In this document: positions 1-10,376 of the stretch, piece after piece
Layout: each line of letters opens with the position of its first letter
Numbering within the stretch: the stretch's first letter is position 1
IMG/VR virus record: IMGVR_UViG_3300037041_000666
Coordinates: 1-44,219 of that record
Length of the DNA stretch: 44,219 nucleotides
Direction: 5' to 3' (one strand)
Source: a virus
Lineage: Duplodnaviria; Caudoviricetes
Made by a program: the position numbers and the translations under genes
Notes under the pieces: generated by a model
The model's database searches: none
The model's input: the letters and a program-made list of their open reading frames with translations, nothing else
What the model was told of the DNA's origin: nothing

Positions 1-1
1 A

Positions 2-1099
2 ACTAAGACTGAGGATTTTGGTGATGCTCTTTGGACTAAGTCTGCTATGACAATGGTTAGCGGTCAACTAGCACCAGACGGAACACTGACAGCTTATAAA
101 TTAGTAGAAGATACTACAAACGCATACCATACTCTTGGAACTACTGCTTTTTATAGTGTTACAAGTGGAACATTATATACTTTTAATGTTGTTGTAAAAG
201 GCAATGGTAGAAACATTTATTCAGTTGCAATTTCAGGAACAGGTGTTGGAGCAAATCAGATTGTTAATTTTGACCTTACAACAGGAACACCAACCACAAC
301 TTCTGGTACACCTATAGCGAGAAGTATTAATTTAGGAAACGGATGGTTTCAATGTTTTATAACAGTTGTTGCAGCAGCAACATCTACTATTCAATTGTTT
401 CAAAATCCAAATGGCGTTCCTTATTTAGGTGATGGAGTTTCTGGATTATTTATATTAAATCCCGACCTACGCCCAACCAACTCAGGCGCACTTCTTCCAC
501 CTTACCAACGAGTTAATACCGCAACTGACTATGATACCGTAGGCTTTCCTTTGTATCTTAAGTGTAATGGAATAAGTAGTGCTATGAGTACGAATAGTAT
601 TGACTTTACTGCTACAGATAAGATGACTGTGGTAACTGGGGTTAGGAAGTTGAGTGATGTTGAGGTTAGATTGTTATTAGAATTAAGTATAAATACAAAT
701 TTAAATAATGGTGCATTTGTCATAGCTCCTAATTATAACAGTAATAACGATAGTCAAGGTCCTTATTGGGGTGCCCAAGTGCGTGGGAATGTATTGATTG
801 GTTTGACATCTGCCCCTTCATTTCAAAGTCCAATAACGGGGGTTAATACATTGAAGTGTAATAGCTCAGCTTCCTTAGCAGAATTAAGAAACAATGGAAC
901 TATAGTAGCAACAAATAATTCATCGCAAGGTCCAACTATGTATGGTAACTACCCACTCTACCTATTCGCAAGAAACCAAGCATCTTTTTTCTTCAATGGC
1001 AACTTCTACGGAGCAATCATCCGAGGCGCACAATCAGATATCAGTTCAGTTGTTCAAACTGAAAATTACATGGCTAAACAAACAGGGATAACTTTCTAA
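2..1099 (+). CDS. Tail fibre / receptor-binding-like protein, 5' truncated
   Basis: Frame is open from base 2 (TKTEDFGDALWTK...APDGT, typical of phage fibre carbohydrate-binding modules); beta-rich lectin-like C-terminus (YPLYLFAR..FFNGNFYGAIIRG). Confidence 0.6.
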   Translation, partial: TKTEDFGDALWTKSAMTMVSGQLAPDGTLTAYKLVEDTTNAYHTLGTTAFYSVTSGTLYTFNVVVKGNGRNIYSVAISGTGVGANQIVNFDLTTGTPTTTSGTPIARSINLGNGWFQCFITVVAAATSTIQLFQNPNGVPYLGDGVSGLFILNPDLRPTNSGALLPPYQRVNTATDYDTVGFPLYLKCNGISSAMSTNSIDFTATDKMTVVTGVRKLSDVEVRLLLELSINTNLNNGAFVIAPNYNSNNDSQGPYWGAQVRGNVLIGLTSAPSFQSPITGVNTLKCNSSASLAELRNNGTIVATNNSSQGPTMYGNYPLYLFARNQASFFFNGNFYGAIIRGAQSDISSVVQTENYMAKQTGITF

Positions 1100-1368
1100 T
1101 GAACTATACAACATCAACAATTATAGTTAAAGCAGTCGATAGGCTTAAAGCACAAGAAGTAACTAACGATCAATACTTTAACTCTGAAGCATCAACTGAT
1201 GGACTTGCACCTGCTACTCACTATTTCATGTCTGGGCCATTTAGTAATGAAGAAGTTGATGCACTTGTTAATACAGTCTGGGAGAAATGGGTAAGGTCTG
1301 AAGATTGGGTAGGCGCGTTGGCGAGTATTAATCTTTTGCCTGTTGTACCAACAGAACCTATAGTGTGA
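1099..1368 (+). CDS. Hypothetical protein (possible fibre chaperone)
   Basis: TAATG coupling to the upstream fibre gene. Confidence 0.6.
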   Translation: MNYTTSTIIVKAVDRLKAQEVTNDQYFNSEASTDGLAPATHYFMSGPFSNEEVDALVNTVWEKWVRSEDWVGALASINLLPVVPTEPIV

Positions 1369-1374
1369 CATAAT

Positions 1375-1632
1375 ATGGAACATCAACGAGCAACTGATCC
1401 TGAAGTGCGAACTGCAAGAGAGCTAGCAGAACACGGCTCTGATATCAAACATCTACAGGCCGATATGGACAAGATGAGTGATGATATGGAAGAGGTTAAA
1501 AAGTCTCTTCAGAATATTAACAAGACACTTGCTGAAGCTCAAGGTGGTTGGAAGGTGATGATGCTAGTTGGTGGGTTTGGTGCAGCGATCGGCAGTCTGG
1601 TCGCATGGATAATCAACTTTCTTAAAGTATAA
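1375..1632 (+). CDS. Coiled-coil protein with C-terminal TM helix (XhlA/holin-like)
   Basis: Heptad region followed by hydrophobic VMMLVGGFGAAIGSLVAWIINFL. Confidence 0.55.
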   Translation: MEHQRATDPEVRTARELAEHGSDIKHLQADMDKMSDDMEEVKKSLQNINKTLAEAQGGWKVMMLVGGFGAAIGSLVAWIINFLKV

Positions 1633-1634
1633 TT

Positions 1635-1916
1635 ATGGCAACTAAAAAGGCTCCAGTCTTATCGGTTGGTCGAGGCGAAAAGTTACCTGTATCGAAAGGT
1701 GCAGGGTTAACTAAAGCTGGAAGAGACAAGTACAATTCAGCAACCGGATCAAACTTGAAAGCACCTGCACCACACCCTAAAACCAAAGCGGACGAAGGTA
1801 GGCGCAAGTCATTTTGCTCCAGGATGAGTGGTATGCCAGGTCCGATGAAAGATGAGAAGGGTAACCCTACTCGTAAAGCAGCCTCATTAAAAAGGTGGAA
1901 CTGCGGTGCCAAGTAA
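1635..1916 (+). CDS. Small basic phage protein (DUF6321-like)
   Basis: LKAP...RRKSFCSRM...RKAASLKRWNC pattern recalled from uncultured phage proteins. Confidence 0.55.
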   Translation: MATKKAPVLSVGRGEKLPVSKGAGLTKAGRDKYNSATGSNLKAPAPHPKTKADEGRRKSFCSRMSGMPGPMKDEKGNPTRKAASLKRWNCGAK

Positions 1917-2286
1917 ATCGGATAAGCAAGCGAAGTTTATGCGAGCAATAGCGCATAGTCCTGAGTTCGCTAAGAAAGCAGGCGTACCACAAAGTGTAGG
2001 AAAAGAATTTGTATCTGCCGATAAAGGCAAAAAATTTAAAACAGGTGGCGAGATGAAAAGTAAACCCGATCTAAAAAAGTTGTTCAAAGGTAAAGAGTCA
2101 GTTAAAGAAGAACTGAAAGAAGCCAAAGCAATCAAGTCTGGTAAGATCAGCCCGATGCAATACGCTAAAGGCGAAGAGTCTGAAAAGAAAATGAAAAAAG
2201 GTGGTTCATGTTACGCTAAAGGTGGATTGACAGGCCGTGGTGATGGGGTTGCCTCTAAGGGCAAAACCAAATGTAAGGTGATCTAA
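1906..2286 (+). CDS. Small lysine-rich protein with xxxGG tags and C-terminal RGDG..KGKT motif
   Basis: GTG start overlapping the previous gene; FKTGG, MKKGG, YAKGG, RGDGVASKGKTKCK. Confidence 0.7.
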   Translation: MPSKSDKQAKFMRAIAHSPEFAKKAGVPQSVGKEFVSADKGKKFKTGGEMKSKPDLKKLFKGKESVKEELKEAKAIKSGKISPMQYAKGEESEKKMKKGGSCYAKGGLTGRGDGVASKGKTKCKVI

Positions 2287-2287
2287 T

Positions 2288-2554
2288 ATGAGAAACGCTA
2301 ACAAAGATGAAATGGCTAACGCCGACATGCAAAGAAAGATGGTTAACCAACCGCGCACCGCACCTAAAGCTAAACCCGTAGCGAAGTCTACCTTCAAACC
2401 AAAAGTGTCTGATGAAGCTAACGATACCTTGCGCCCTGAAGACATGCAAAAGATGAAGAAGGGTGGTAAGACCAAATGTATGGCTAAAGGCGGTTTAACA
2501 AGTCGCGGTGACGGTATTGCCTCTAAGGGTAAAACCAAATGTAAGTACGTTTAA
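2288..2554 (+). CDS. Small lysine-rich protein with a C-terminus paralogous to the previous gene
   Basis: MKKGG, MAKGG, RGDGIASKGKTKCK. Confidence 0.7.
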   Translation: MRNANKDEMANADMQRKMVNQPRTAPKAKPVAKSTFKPKVSDEANDTLRPEDMQKMKKGGKTKCMAKGGLTSRGDGIASKGKTKCKYV

Positions 2555-2567
2555 TTAGGAACCCTAT

Positions 2568-2774
2568 ATGTCTGATGTAAAAATCTCTGGATTACCAAGC
2601 TCAACAGGTGTAACCCCTGCATCAGACTATATTCCTATTGTCCATAACGGTACGACTGAGAAGATTACGTTGGATCAACTATTAAACGGTCTCCCAACGA
2701 GTTCTGCTGGTTTGTTATCAGGGTCATTTTGGATAGATACTACAGCCGACTATGTGGTTAAAAAAGTTCCCTAG
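2568..2774 (+). CDS. Small structural protein (fibre N-terminal-like module)
   Basis: AGGA RBS; MSDVKISGLP...TEKIT pattern typical of fibre N-termini. Confidence 0.6.
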   Translation: MSDVKISGLPSSTGVTPASDYIPIVHNGTTEKITLDQLLNGLPTSSAGLLSGSFWIDTTADYVVKKVP

Positions 2775-2786
2775 GAAGGTATTGTT

Positions 2787-2942
2787 ATGATGTCTAGCAG
2801 AGGTATGGGCGACATTAACCCAAGTAAAATTCCAAAGAAGATTGTTCGTAAGGACAATCCGAATAGTGTAGACTTGTACAAAAAAGGAGGGGTTGCTAAA
2901 AGCTTCCCTCCAGCCACTAAGTTTAAACAGGCGAAGAAATGA
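2787..2942 (+). CDS. 51 aa basic protein, not in ORF track
   Basis: MMSSRGMGDINPSKIPKKIVRKDNPNSVDLYKKGG...; AGGAAGG RBS; ATGA overlap with the next gene. Confidence 0.7.
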   Translation: MMSSRGMGDINPSKIPKKIVRKDNPNSVDLYKKGGVAKSFPPATKFKQAKK

Positions 2943-3619
2943 CAACGACGAATACCGCTACGTTCAACTTGGAGCTTTCCGAAATTTTTGAGGATGCAGG
3001 AGATCGCTGTGGTTATGAAATTAGATCGGGTTACGATTTTAAAATAGCCAGACGTTCCCTCAATTTGTTACTCATAGAGTGGGCAAACAAAGGAATCTCG
3101 TTATGGACGATCGAACAAGGCTTTATCCCTTTACTGACTAACATTGGCACGTATGATTTACCATCCGACACTATCGATTTACTTGATCAAGTGGTACGTA
3201 CAGGTACCGGCACTACTCAAGTGGATATCAACTTATCTCGTATTTCTAGTTCTACTTACGCTACTATACCTGCTAAGAACACGTCGGCACGTCCTGTGCA
3301 AGTTTGGATAAACAGACAAGCGCAAACACCACAGATTAACGTATGGCCTAAACCTAATAACGATAGCTACACATTTGTCTATTGGCGCTTAAGACGTATC
3401 CAAGATGCCGGTAATGCGAGTAATACACAAGACATACCGTTTAGATTCTTACCTGCGCTGATCGCAGGGTTAGCATATCAGTTATCGATGAAGTTACCTG
3501 GCGTTGATCCTAATCGTAGCGTTATGCTCAAAGCAGTTTATGATGAAGCGTTTGACATTGCCGCGCAAGAGGATCGAGAAAAGGCATCTTTGCTTGTTGT
3601 TCCTAGGATGCTTAGGTAG
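2939..3619 (+). CDS. Putative head-tail adaptor / neck protein
   Basis: ARRSLNLLLIEWANKG, DIPFRFLPALIAGLAY, typical of phage neck proteins; position in the late region. Confidence 0.55.
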   Translation: MTTTNTATFNLELSEIFEDAGDRCGYEIRSGYDFKIARRSLNLLLIEWANKGISLWTIEQGFIPLLTNIGTYDLPSDTIDLLDQVVRTGTGTTQVDINLSRISSSTYATIPAKNTSARPVQVWINRQAQTPQINVWPKPNNDSYTFVYWRLRRIQDAGNASNTQDIPFRFLPALIAGLAYQLSMKLPGVDPNRSVMLKAVYDEAFDIAAQEDREKASLLVVPRMLR

Positions 3620-3957
3620 TGGCGATTAAGTATAGCTCAGGAAAGTACACGCAGTCGTCGTGCGATCGTTGCGCGGAGTGGGTTCTTCTTAGCAAACTTA
3701 AAAAGATTACTCTAAAAGATAACCGAACAAACATTAAAGTTTGTTCAAGATGTTGGGAGCCTAGCCACCCACAATTACGCTTAGGTCAGTATCCGGTTGT
3801 CGATCCGCAAGCGGTCAGAGAACCAAGACCGGACAATCCTGAGACTGGCGTACATCTTAGTCCGTCTCTATTATGGCAAGATCCAGCAATAACTGAGATG
3901 GGTTTGATTGCAGGGTATTTAGTTCAAGAGAATGGTGGAAGTTTATTAACCGAATAA
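3619..3957 (+). CDS. Zinc-ribbon-like phage protein
   Basis: CDRC...CSRC and DPQAVREPRPD. Confidence 0.6.
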   Translation: MAIKYSSGKYTQSSCDRCAEWVLLSKLKKITLKDNRTNIKVCSRCWEPSHPQLRLGQYPVVDPQAVREPRPDNPETGVHLSPSLLWQDPAITEMGLIAGYLVQENGGSLLTE

Positions 3958-3972
3958 TAGAGGACAAAAATA

Positions 3973-4140
3973 ATGGCTAAACAAAGTAACACGAAAGAAG
4001 CGATCGACTCATCAAACCCTAAGTCTGTACATGTGCCTAACAGCTCAGGTTATCCGCAAACGGGCACTAAAACTTCCGGTGTGGTGACACGCGGCAATGG
4101 TTGTGCGACTAAAGGGAAAACGGCTCGTGGCCCGTTATAA
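3973..4140 (+). CDS. 55 aa basic protein, not in ORF track
   Basis: GAGGA RBS; MAKQSNTKEA...TRGNGCATKGKTARGPL. Confidence 0.7.
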   Translation: MAKQSNTKEAIDSSNPKSVHVPNSSGYPQTGTKTSGVVTRGNGCATKGKTARGPL

Positions 4141-4143
4141 CCA

Positions 4144-4812
4144 ATGACGTACAATGAACTTAAGCAAGCGATTCAAGATTTCTCAGAGTCCTATGAGCCC
4201 TCGTTCATAGCGAACCTCGATCTCTTCATCGAGCAGTGCGAGAAGCGCGTTTACAACTCGGTACAGATACCCGTGCTGAGAAAGAACGTGATGGGCGCTA
4301 TGACAACCTCTAATAAGTATTTGTCTTGCCCTGATGACTTTCTTTCTGTGTATTCTATCGCGGTGGTTAACAGTACCGGTGACTATAGTTATCTGTTAGA
4401 CAAAGATGTTAGTTACATGCGTGAGGCGTATCCTAGACCGACCGATGTCGGTTTGCCCAAATACTACGGTATCTTCGGTCCTCAGTCATCTAACTTATCC
4501 GAACTGTCTATCATCTTAGCGCCTACCCCTAATGCGAATTATCCGGTCGAGTTGCATTATTACTACTACCCAGAGTCAATAACAACCGCGTCTTCAGGCA
4601 CCACATGGTTAAGCGATAACTATGATCCCGTGCTATTATATGGGTCATTACGCGAGGCGATCATCTATATGAAAGGTGAGCAAGATATGGTGGGTTACTA
4701 CGAACAAAAGTTTCAAGAAGCTCTTGCTCAACTCAAACGCCTATGCGACGGACTGGAGAGAGGCGACGCTTATCGTGACGGTCAAACTAAAATACCACTT
4801 AAAGCATTATAA
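4144..4812 (+). CDS. Putative tail tubular / adaptor protein
   Basis: MTYNELKQAIQ...LAPTPNANY.VELHYYYYP...TTWLS..Y..VLLYGSL pattern of phage adaptor proteins. Confidence 0.55.
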   Translation: MTYNELKQAIQDFSESYEPSFIANLDLFIEQCEKRVYNSVQIPVLRKNVMGAMTTSNKYLSCPDDFLSVYSIAVVNSTGDYSYLLDKDVSYMREAYPRPTDVGLPKYYGIFGPQSSNLSELSIILAPTPNANYPVELHYYYYPESITTASSGTTWLSDNYDPVLLYGSLREAIIYMKGEQDMVGYYEQKFQEALAQLKRLCDGLERGDAYRDGQTKIPLKAL

Positions 4813-4824
4813 CAGGACATATAC

Positions 4825-5250
4825 ATGGCAGCTTTTGCAAAATATAACTCAGGTGTTGAAGCACTGGTTGAAGGGATTAATGCAGGTTCAGACACTTGGA
4901 AAATAGCATTAACAAACAGAACACCTGTACCCTCAACAGATGCTGTACTTGCAGATATTAGCGACCTGCCCACTGCTGGCGGTTATACCGCGGGTGGTAA
5001 TGCGTGTTCTGTAACAAGCTCTGCTCAAACATCAGGTACTTACAAGTTGGTCTTAGCCTCACCTGCGACATGGACAGCTTCGGGTGTGGGCTTTACTTTT
5101 AGATACGCGGTTCTTTACGATGTAACAGCCAGCAATGCGCTGGTCGGTTATTGGGATTATGGTTCTTCTATTGTAATGAGCGGAACGAATGGTGATACGT
5201 TTACCGTCACATTGGATGGCACTAACGGTGTCTTTAGCGTAGGACCTTAA
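4825..5250 (+). CDS. Virion structural protein
   Basis: DTWKIALT...GYTAGG...FRYAVLYD motif, common in tail-associated proteins. Confidence 0.55.
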   Translation: MAAFAKYNSGVEALVEGINAGSDTWKIALTNRTPVPSTDAVLADISDLPTAGGYTAGGNACSVTSSAQTSGTYKLVLASPATWTASGVGFTFRYAVLYDVTASNALVGYWDYGSSIVMSGTNGDTFTVTLDGTNGVFSVGP

Positions 5251-5253
5251 AAC

Positions 5254-6975
5254 ATGGCTCTCGTCTTCGCAGATTTAGTTCAAGAAACCACCAGCACAAC
5301 GGGTACCGGTACGCTGACGCTTAGTGGTGCGGTATCTGGGTATCAAAGTTTTGCTGCTATCGGAAACACCAATACGACTTATTACCGTATCAAAAGCGGG
5401 TTAGACTCCGAGGTGGGTATCGGTACGTATACCTTATCAGGCACTACACTAAGTCGTGACACCGTACTCTACTCGTCTGCTGGAGGCACAACTAAAATCA
5501 CAGTAGCCACTGGTGCAACCGTGTCTTGTGTTTATCCTGCCGAACGGGCGGTTTATTTGAGTGAAACTGGCACATTAGGGATAGGTGGAGCAGCTAAAGC
5601 AACCTCTGAAGTAGCTATTACTGAAGTTGGACTTGCTAACTCAACAAGTTTAGCCGGTAGCGCATTGGATATTGCTCAGACTTGGGCTACTACGGGTAAT
5701 CCTACCGCCATTAAACTTAATGTGACCAATAGTCAAAGTGGTAGCACAAGTAAGTTGATGGACTTGCAAGTTGGTGGAGCAAGCAAAGTTAGTGTTACTA
5801 AAAGTGGCGCTATAACAATGTCAGTAGGTAATTTTCCCTATAGTTCAGTTGGAGGTGCTTTATATTCTGGAACGAGAAAACTAATAGAGAATGCAGGGAA
5901 TACAACAGCTATCTGGGATTATAATGTAACTGATTACCCATCTATTTTATTAGTTAATGGAAATACATTTGTCAAATCAACAGGTGCTTTAGGTTGGGCA
6001 GATATGTCAACTGGTGGGAATGATTTAACTCTATATAGAGACGCAGCCAACACCCTAGCTCAACGTAACTCAACTAACTCTCAAACTTCAAGAATTTATA
6101 ACACTTACACAGATGCAAGTAACTATGAAAGATCAGCATTAAGTTTTGTAACTTACAGTGGTGCTTTATACACCAAGTTAGCAGCGGAATCAGCCGGTAC
6201 AGGTGCAGCTAATATTGGTATTGCATTATCCCCAAAAGGTACAGGTGCTATTACTGCTCAAGTACCTGATGGAACAGTTGCGGGTGGTAATGCGAGGGGT
6301 GCTAATAGTGTTGATTTGCAGATGGGGAGGAATAATATTTTATGTGTAGCTAGCGGTAGTAACAGTGCAGTATTGGGTGGGAGAAATAATATAGTTACTG
6401 GTGGTTATAGTGCAACAATAGGAGGTGACTCTAATTACGCAACTGGTAATTATTCTTTAGCTTATGGTCTTACATCAGGAGCAACTGGTTCTTGGGCTAC
6501 TGCATCTGGTCTTTATGCTGTTGCAAACAAAGCTTGTCAAGTGGCATTTGGAATTGGGCAATTTTCAACCAGTGGAGATTGCCAACATTCTTCTTTTGGG
6601 TTTTCTGGAGCTACAAGTGACGCAGTAGCTACACCATTAGTTATTGCGATTGGCTTTGCTACCATCCCCAACAATACTACTTGGGCAGCCGATATAGATA
6701 TTGTTGCACGTTCTGCGGGTGGTACTGAAAATGCTTATTTCAAAAGAAGACTGGTTATACAAAAAGGTACAACTGCGGGAAGTACAGCGTTAGTTGGTAC
6801 AGTACAAACAGTGGGTACTGATATAGGTACTACTAATATGCTATTGATAGCAACTCCAATAACACTAACCGCAGATACCACTAACGGTGCATTAAAGCTT
6901 GAAGTAACAGGGTTAGCAGCAACAAACATTCGATGGGTCGCTAAAGTCTCGCTCGTTGAAGTCGGTTACGCATAA
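5254..6975 (+). CDS. Tail fibre protein
   Basis: MALVFADLVQETTSTTGTGTL N-terminal fibre module; G/S/T-rich; YadA-head-like SAVLGG..N repeats. Confidence 0.7.
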   Translation: MALVFADLVQETTSTTGTGTLTLSGAVSGYQSFAAIGNTNTTYYRIKSGLDSEVGIGTYTLSGTTLSRDTVLYSSAGGTTKITVATGATVSCVYPAERAVYLSETGTLGIGGAAKATSEVAITEVGLANSTSLAGSALDIAQTWATTGNPTAIKLNVTNSQSGSTSKLMDLQVGGASKVSVTKSGAITMSVGNFPYSSVGGALYSGTRKLIENAGNTTAIWDYNVTDYPSILLVNGNTFVKSTGALGWADMSTGGNDLTLYRDAANTLAQRNSTNSQTSRIYNTYTDASNYERSALSFVTYSGALYTKLAAESAGTGAANIGIALSPKGTGAITAQVPDGTVAGGNARGANSVDLQMGRNNILCVASGSNSAVLGGRNNIVTGGYSATIGGDSNYATGNYSLAYGLTSGATGSWATASGLYAVANKACQVAFGIGQFSTSGDCQHSSFGFSGATSDAVATPLVIAIGFATIPNNTTWAADIDIVARSAGGTENAYFKRRLVIQKGTTAGSTALVGTVQTVGTDIGTTNMLLIATPITLTADTTNGALKLEVTGLAATNIRWVAKVSLVEVGYA

Positions 6976-6987
6976 GGAATAATAATA

Positions 6988-7626
6988 ATGACATTACTAG
7001 AAGAAATACAAACAGGCATATTAGCGGAAGAACTTGCACCTTTAGTCACAGCAAATGATTATCGGGGTATTGCTAATGCACTTAACCGCAAAGACATTGT
7101 AACGGCTGGCAGCATTACGGTAAACAAGTTTGCCATCTGGTGCGCTGAAACTGGGATGAGGGCGGCTATTAATGACCAAGCTTCTACGCCTGCAAGTCCT
7201 TTACGTTCTATTGCTCTGACTTTACTTGACTTACTACAAGGCAACTTAACACCTGCCTCGCTAGATTTGTCTATCCAGCAAAACGTGGATATGCTCCATG
7301 CTTGGGTGTTAGCCGGACTATTAACAACAAAGCAGGAACAAGAGTTAATTGTTTTAAGCCAAACATTAATAAGCAGGGCTGAACAAATTGGCTTAACGGT
7401 TGATGCCAATCTTGTGGCTCAGGCGTTAGGTTATGTGCCTTCACCGAGTCTAATAGCCACTAACGATGATTACTTAGTCTTTGTGATTAACGGTGCGTTA
7501 CAAAGCTATATGTCACAGTACAACCAAGCAACACCGGAAGATGGCCTGACAGCGGCACGGGTAGCTTATAACGAGAGTATTAACCCGACTATTCCTGATC
7601 CAGTACCCGCACCTGAAGTTATCTAA
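6988..7626 (+). CDS. Hypothetical protein in the tail module
   Basis: AAGGA RBS, 212 aa ORF. Confidence 0.6.
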   Translation: MTLLEEIQTGILAEELAPLVTANDYRGIANALNRKDIVTAGSITVNKFAIWCAETGMRAAINDQASTPASPLRSIALTLLDLLQGNLTPASLDLSIQQNVDMLHAWVLAGLLTTKQEQELIVLSQTLISRAEQIGLTVDANLVAQALGYVPSPSLIATNDDYLVFVINGALQSYMSQYNQATPEDGLTAARVAYNESINPTIPDPVPAPEVI

Positions 7627-8207
7627 TGTTTGCGCAATCGGGGTTTGCTGATCTACCGTTTACAGGTGCGATACCTCCGGTAATCTATTCCCTAACAGGG
7701 GACGCAGGTGCGTATAGCTATACAGGTGTAGCAGCAAGTTTTGTACTTAGCAAAAAGCTAATCGCTTCTGCTGAGGCATACAGTTACACAGGCACCGCAG
7801 CGACCTTAACCTATGTTTCTGGTCAAGCGGGTATCGATTATACTTTACTTGGCGGTGCAGGCGCATATCTGTATACTGGTGGTAACGCCACTTTTGAGTA
7901 TGTGTTACGCGGTTGGCATCCTGTTAATACCGCTCAAACTTCGAGTTGGGGACTAATCCTCAAACATGCTATTTGGACGAACCTTTCAGGCGATGCGGTA
8001 GGGTGGATGAACGATAACGGTGACCTTGTTTACTGGGGAACTGATACTCAAATACCAAACTGGACGGCAATAGATAACAACCAACAAGCCGCTAGTGTCA
8101 GTTGGGTTAACACTAATAACGAACAAGTTGAGTGGACAAATATTTATGGGAATGTCACCTTATGGGGAAATCCTTTCTCTTGGCAAACAATAAACACTTT
8201 TCAGTAG
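7626..8207 (+). CDS. Tail-associated protein with Trp-repeat C-terminus
   Basis: GAYSYTG repeats followed by periodic W-x-N motifs. Confidence 0.55.
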   Translation: MFAQSGFADLPFTGAIPPVIYSLTGDAGAYSYTGVAASFVLSKKLIASAEAYSYTGTAATLTYVSGQAGIDYTLLGGAGAYLYTGGNATFEYVLRGWHPVNTAQTSSWGLILKHAIWTNLSGDAVGWMNDNGDLVYWGTDTQIPNWTAIDNNQQAASVSWVNTNNEQVEWTNIYGNVTLWGNPFSWQTINTFQ

Positions 8208-8215
8208 GATAACTT

Positions 8216-10360
8216 ATGCCCGTACCATACAGTTTTAAAAACGCTTCGGGAACTATCCCCCTATCGCAATTAGATGATAACTTTGCGACCACTGCACTCT
8301 CGGCAGATTTAGCCGCTCCCGCTGGCGCTTCATCAATAGGTATCGTCCCTACACCTACCATCGCCTCCACCACCGTAGCCGATGCGATCAACGAACTCGA
8401 CACAGAAAAAGCAACAGTAACATCTTTAACATCCGGTTTAGCTTTAAAGACAAACGTCGCAGATTTGGCCGCAACAACTGGCGCTGGTTTAGTTGGTTTT
8501 CAGCAAACTGGCACAGGTTCAGTTACTAGAACCGTTGAAGCTAAAGAAAAAGAAAGTGTATCAATCCTAGATTTTGGCGCTATTGGTGATGGATCTTCAG
8601 CTAATGCAACAATTAATACAGCAGCCATACAAGCCGCTATTGATCATATGTATTCATTAGGTGGAGGTGTTGTTGAAGTGCCTCAAGGAACTTATATACT
8701 AGGTTCAACATTAGTAACCGAAGATGTTTGGTATACAAGCGTAACTGCAAAAATATCAACAAGAAGCCGGTTTTGTATAGTCTTACGATCTGGCGTTACA
8801 TTGCGAGGAACTAATAGTAAAACCTGCATATTGCAATCCGCAAGTACAGCACCGACTGTGTTAACAATGGTTTCCATGGATGGTGGAGGTTTACAATACA
8901 TAACTATTTGTAGCTCATGGAGTAACCTCCCCACTGATGGAAATGGACATGGTGTGTTTTTTTGTATATATAACTTAGAAGATTTTAATCAGAATATATT
9001 AATAAATAATGTCATCATTCACAGTGTTGCTTCGTATGGTATTGGGGCGCAATGGGGAAGCTATGTAAATAATAGATATAATAATCTTTATTTGCATAAT
9101 ATTGGTGCTGATGGGATCGATCATAAAGTCAGAGGCCCAGCTTTCCCCGTTTGTATCGGTGTCAGTTTTTCAAATATTTTTATAGAAAATTATGGAAAGC
9201 GTGCTGGTATAAGCGGCCAAGCTGGTATCGATATCAGAGGGCAGGTTACACTTGTTAATATTACAACTAAAGACTTTGGCGCATCAACAGGTATCAATGT
9301 CGGCATTAGGCTTAACGCCAGTGTAATAGAAGAAGGTACAACTATTAAGCGATTGTCATCAAAACAATCAACATTAACTAATTTCATTATCTATTCCGAT
9401 CCTACCTATCCAACCGCTGGGGTGGTTTTAATATCATCACCATATAGCAATGTGTCCAACGGTTCGATTTATGATTGTACTTCTTATGGTGTATCTATTT
9501 TAAGCACGACAGGTGGTTATTTTGACACAGCTTGCGTTGGTATAGAAAATGTATCTGTGTATGGCGCAAGATCCGGTAGTTCTTTTTATAGTGCTATCGA
9601 TACCAGCCTTATCAGTTTTATAGGCTGTTCAAGTATTTCCCAAATTACCGAATTTACCAATCTTGGTGGTAACTTAGTTGCCGGGCAAACTGTGTTTACC
9701 GTTGATACGGTTGCATCAACTAAAGTTTTAAAAAATGACATATTACTCACTAACATTACCGATTACACGCTAACATCTACTGAAGTAACTTTAGTTACCC
9801 CTGTTGTCATAACTGATAACATAAAAGTCATTTACCCAACATACGGTGGTTTTAGAATTTATGGCACAAAAGACAAGATAGTCGGTTGTAATACCTATTA
9901 CAACAGTTTCCCAACCATTACTGATAGTACATCCATTGAGACGCTATCAACTATGTCCAATAATTTTGGATTTAATGGTGTTAGATCTATTGATAATTTA
10001 GCAGTACCCGCTTTAGAGCCTTATGGTGATGCACCCAATTTAGATATTTACCTACAAGCAAAAGGCACTGGTGGCGTAGAGCTTAAATCAAATGGTGGTA
10101 GAGCATTGCGAGCGGACAACGTGGCCATCACATCCCCTGTAAATTGGGTGTCTGTACAAGGAGGAGCCGCTGGCACACCTGCGGTTGTGGATATTTCTGG
10201 ACAAGGCTCATCGGCTAATATTGATTTTTCCATACGCCCCAAAGGTACGGGTAACGTGAAATTCGGCACGCTAACAACTACCGCTGATGCGCCTATTACA
10301 GGTTACATTACTATAAAAGATTCGGCTGGAAATTTAAGAAAACTTGCTGTAATAGCATGA
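8216..10360 (+). CDS. Tail spike / depolymerase with pectate-lyase-like beta-helix
   Basis: SVSILDFGAIGDG...NTAAIQAAID...GGGVVEVPQGTY signature followed by Asn/Ile-rich beta-helix. Confidence 0.8.
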   Translation: MPVPYSFKNASGTIPLSQLDDNFATTALSADLAAPAGASSIGIVPTPTIASTTVADAINELDTEKATVTSLTSGLALKTNVADLAATTGAGLVGFQQTGTGSVTRTVEAKEKESVSILDFGAIGDGSSANATINTAAIQAAIDHMYSLGGGVVEVPQGTYILGSTLVTEDVWYTSVTAKISTRSRFCIVLRSGVTLRGTNSKTCILQSASTAPTVLTMVSMDGGGLQYITICSSWSNLPTDGNGHGVFFCIYNLEDFNQNILINNVIIHSVASYGIGAQWGSYVNNRYNNLYLHNIGADGIDHKVRGPAFPVCIGVSFSNIFIENYGKRAGISGQAGIDIRGQVTLVNITTKDFGASTGINVGIRLNASVIEEGTTIKRLSSKQSTLTNFIIYSDPTYPTAGVVLISSPYSNVSNGSIYDCTSYGVSILSTTGGYFDTACVGIENVSVYGARSGSSFYSAIDTSLISFIGCSSISQITEFTNLGGNLVAGQTVFTVDTVASTKVLKNDILLTNITDYTLTSTEVTLVTPVVITDNIKVIYPTYGGFRIYGTKDKIVGCNTYYNSFPTITDSTSIETLSTMSNNFGFNGVRSIDNLAVPALEPYGDAPNLDIYLQAKGTGGVELKSNGGRALRADNVAITSPVNWVSVQGGAAGTPAVVDISGQGSSANIDFSIRPKGTGNVKFGTLTTTADAPITGYITIKDSAGNLRKLAVIA

Positions 10361-10376
10361 TGGTTAAGGACTAAAA

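Noticed and set aside
2239-2247. RGD integrin-binding motif
   Set aside because: It is part of a longer phage C-terminal tag whose third copy reads RGN
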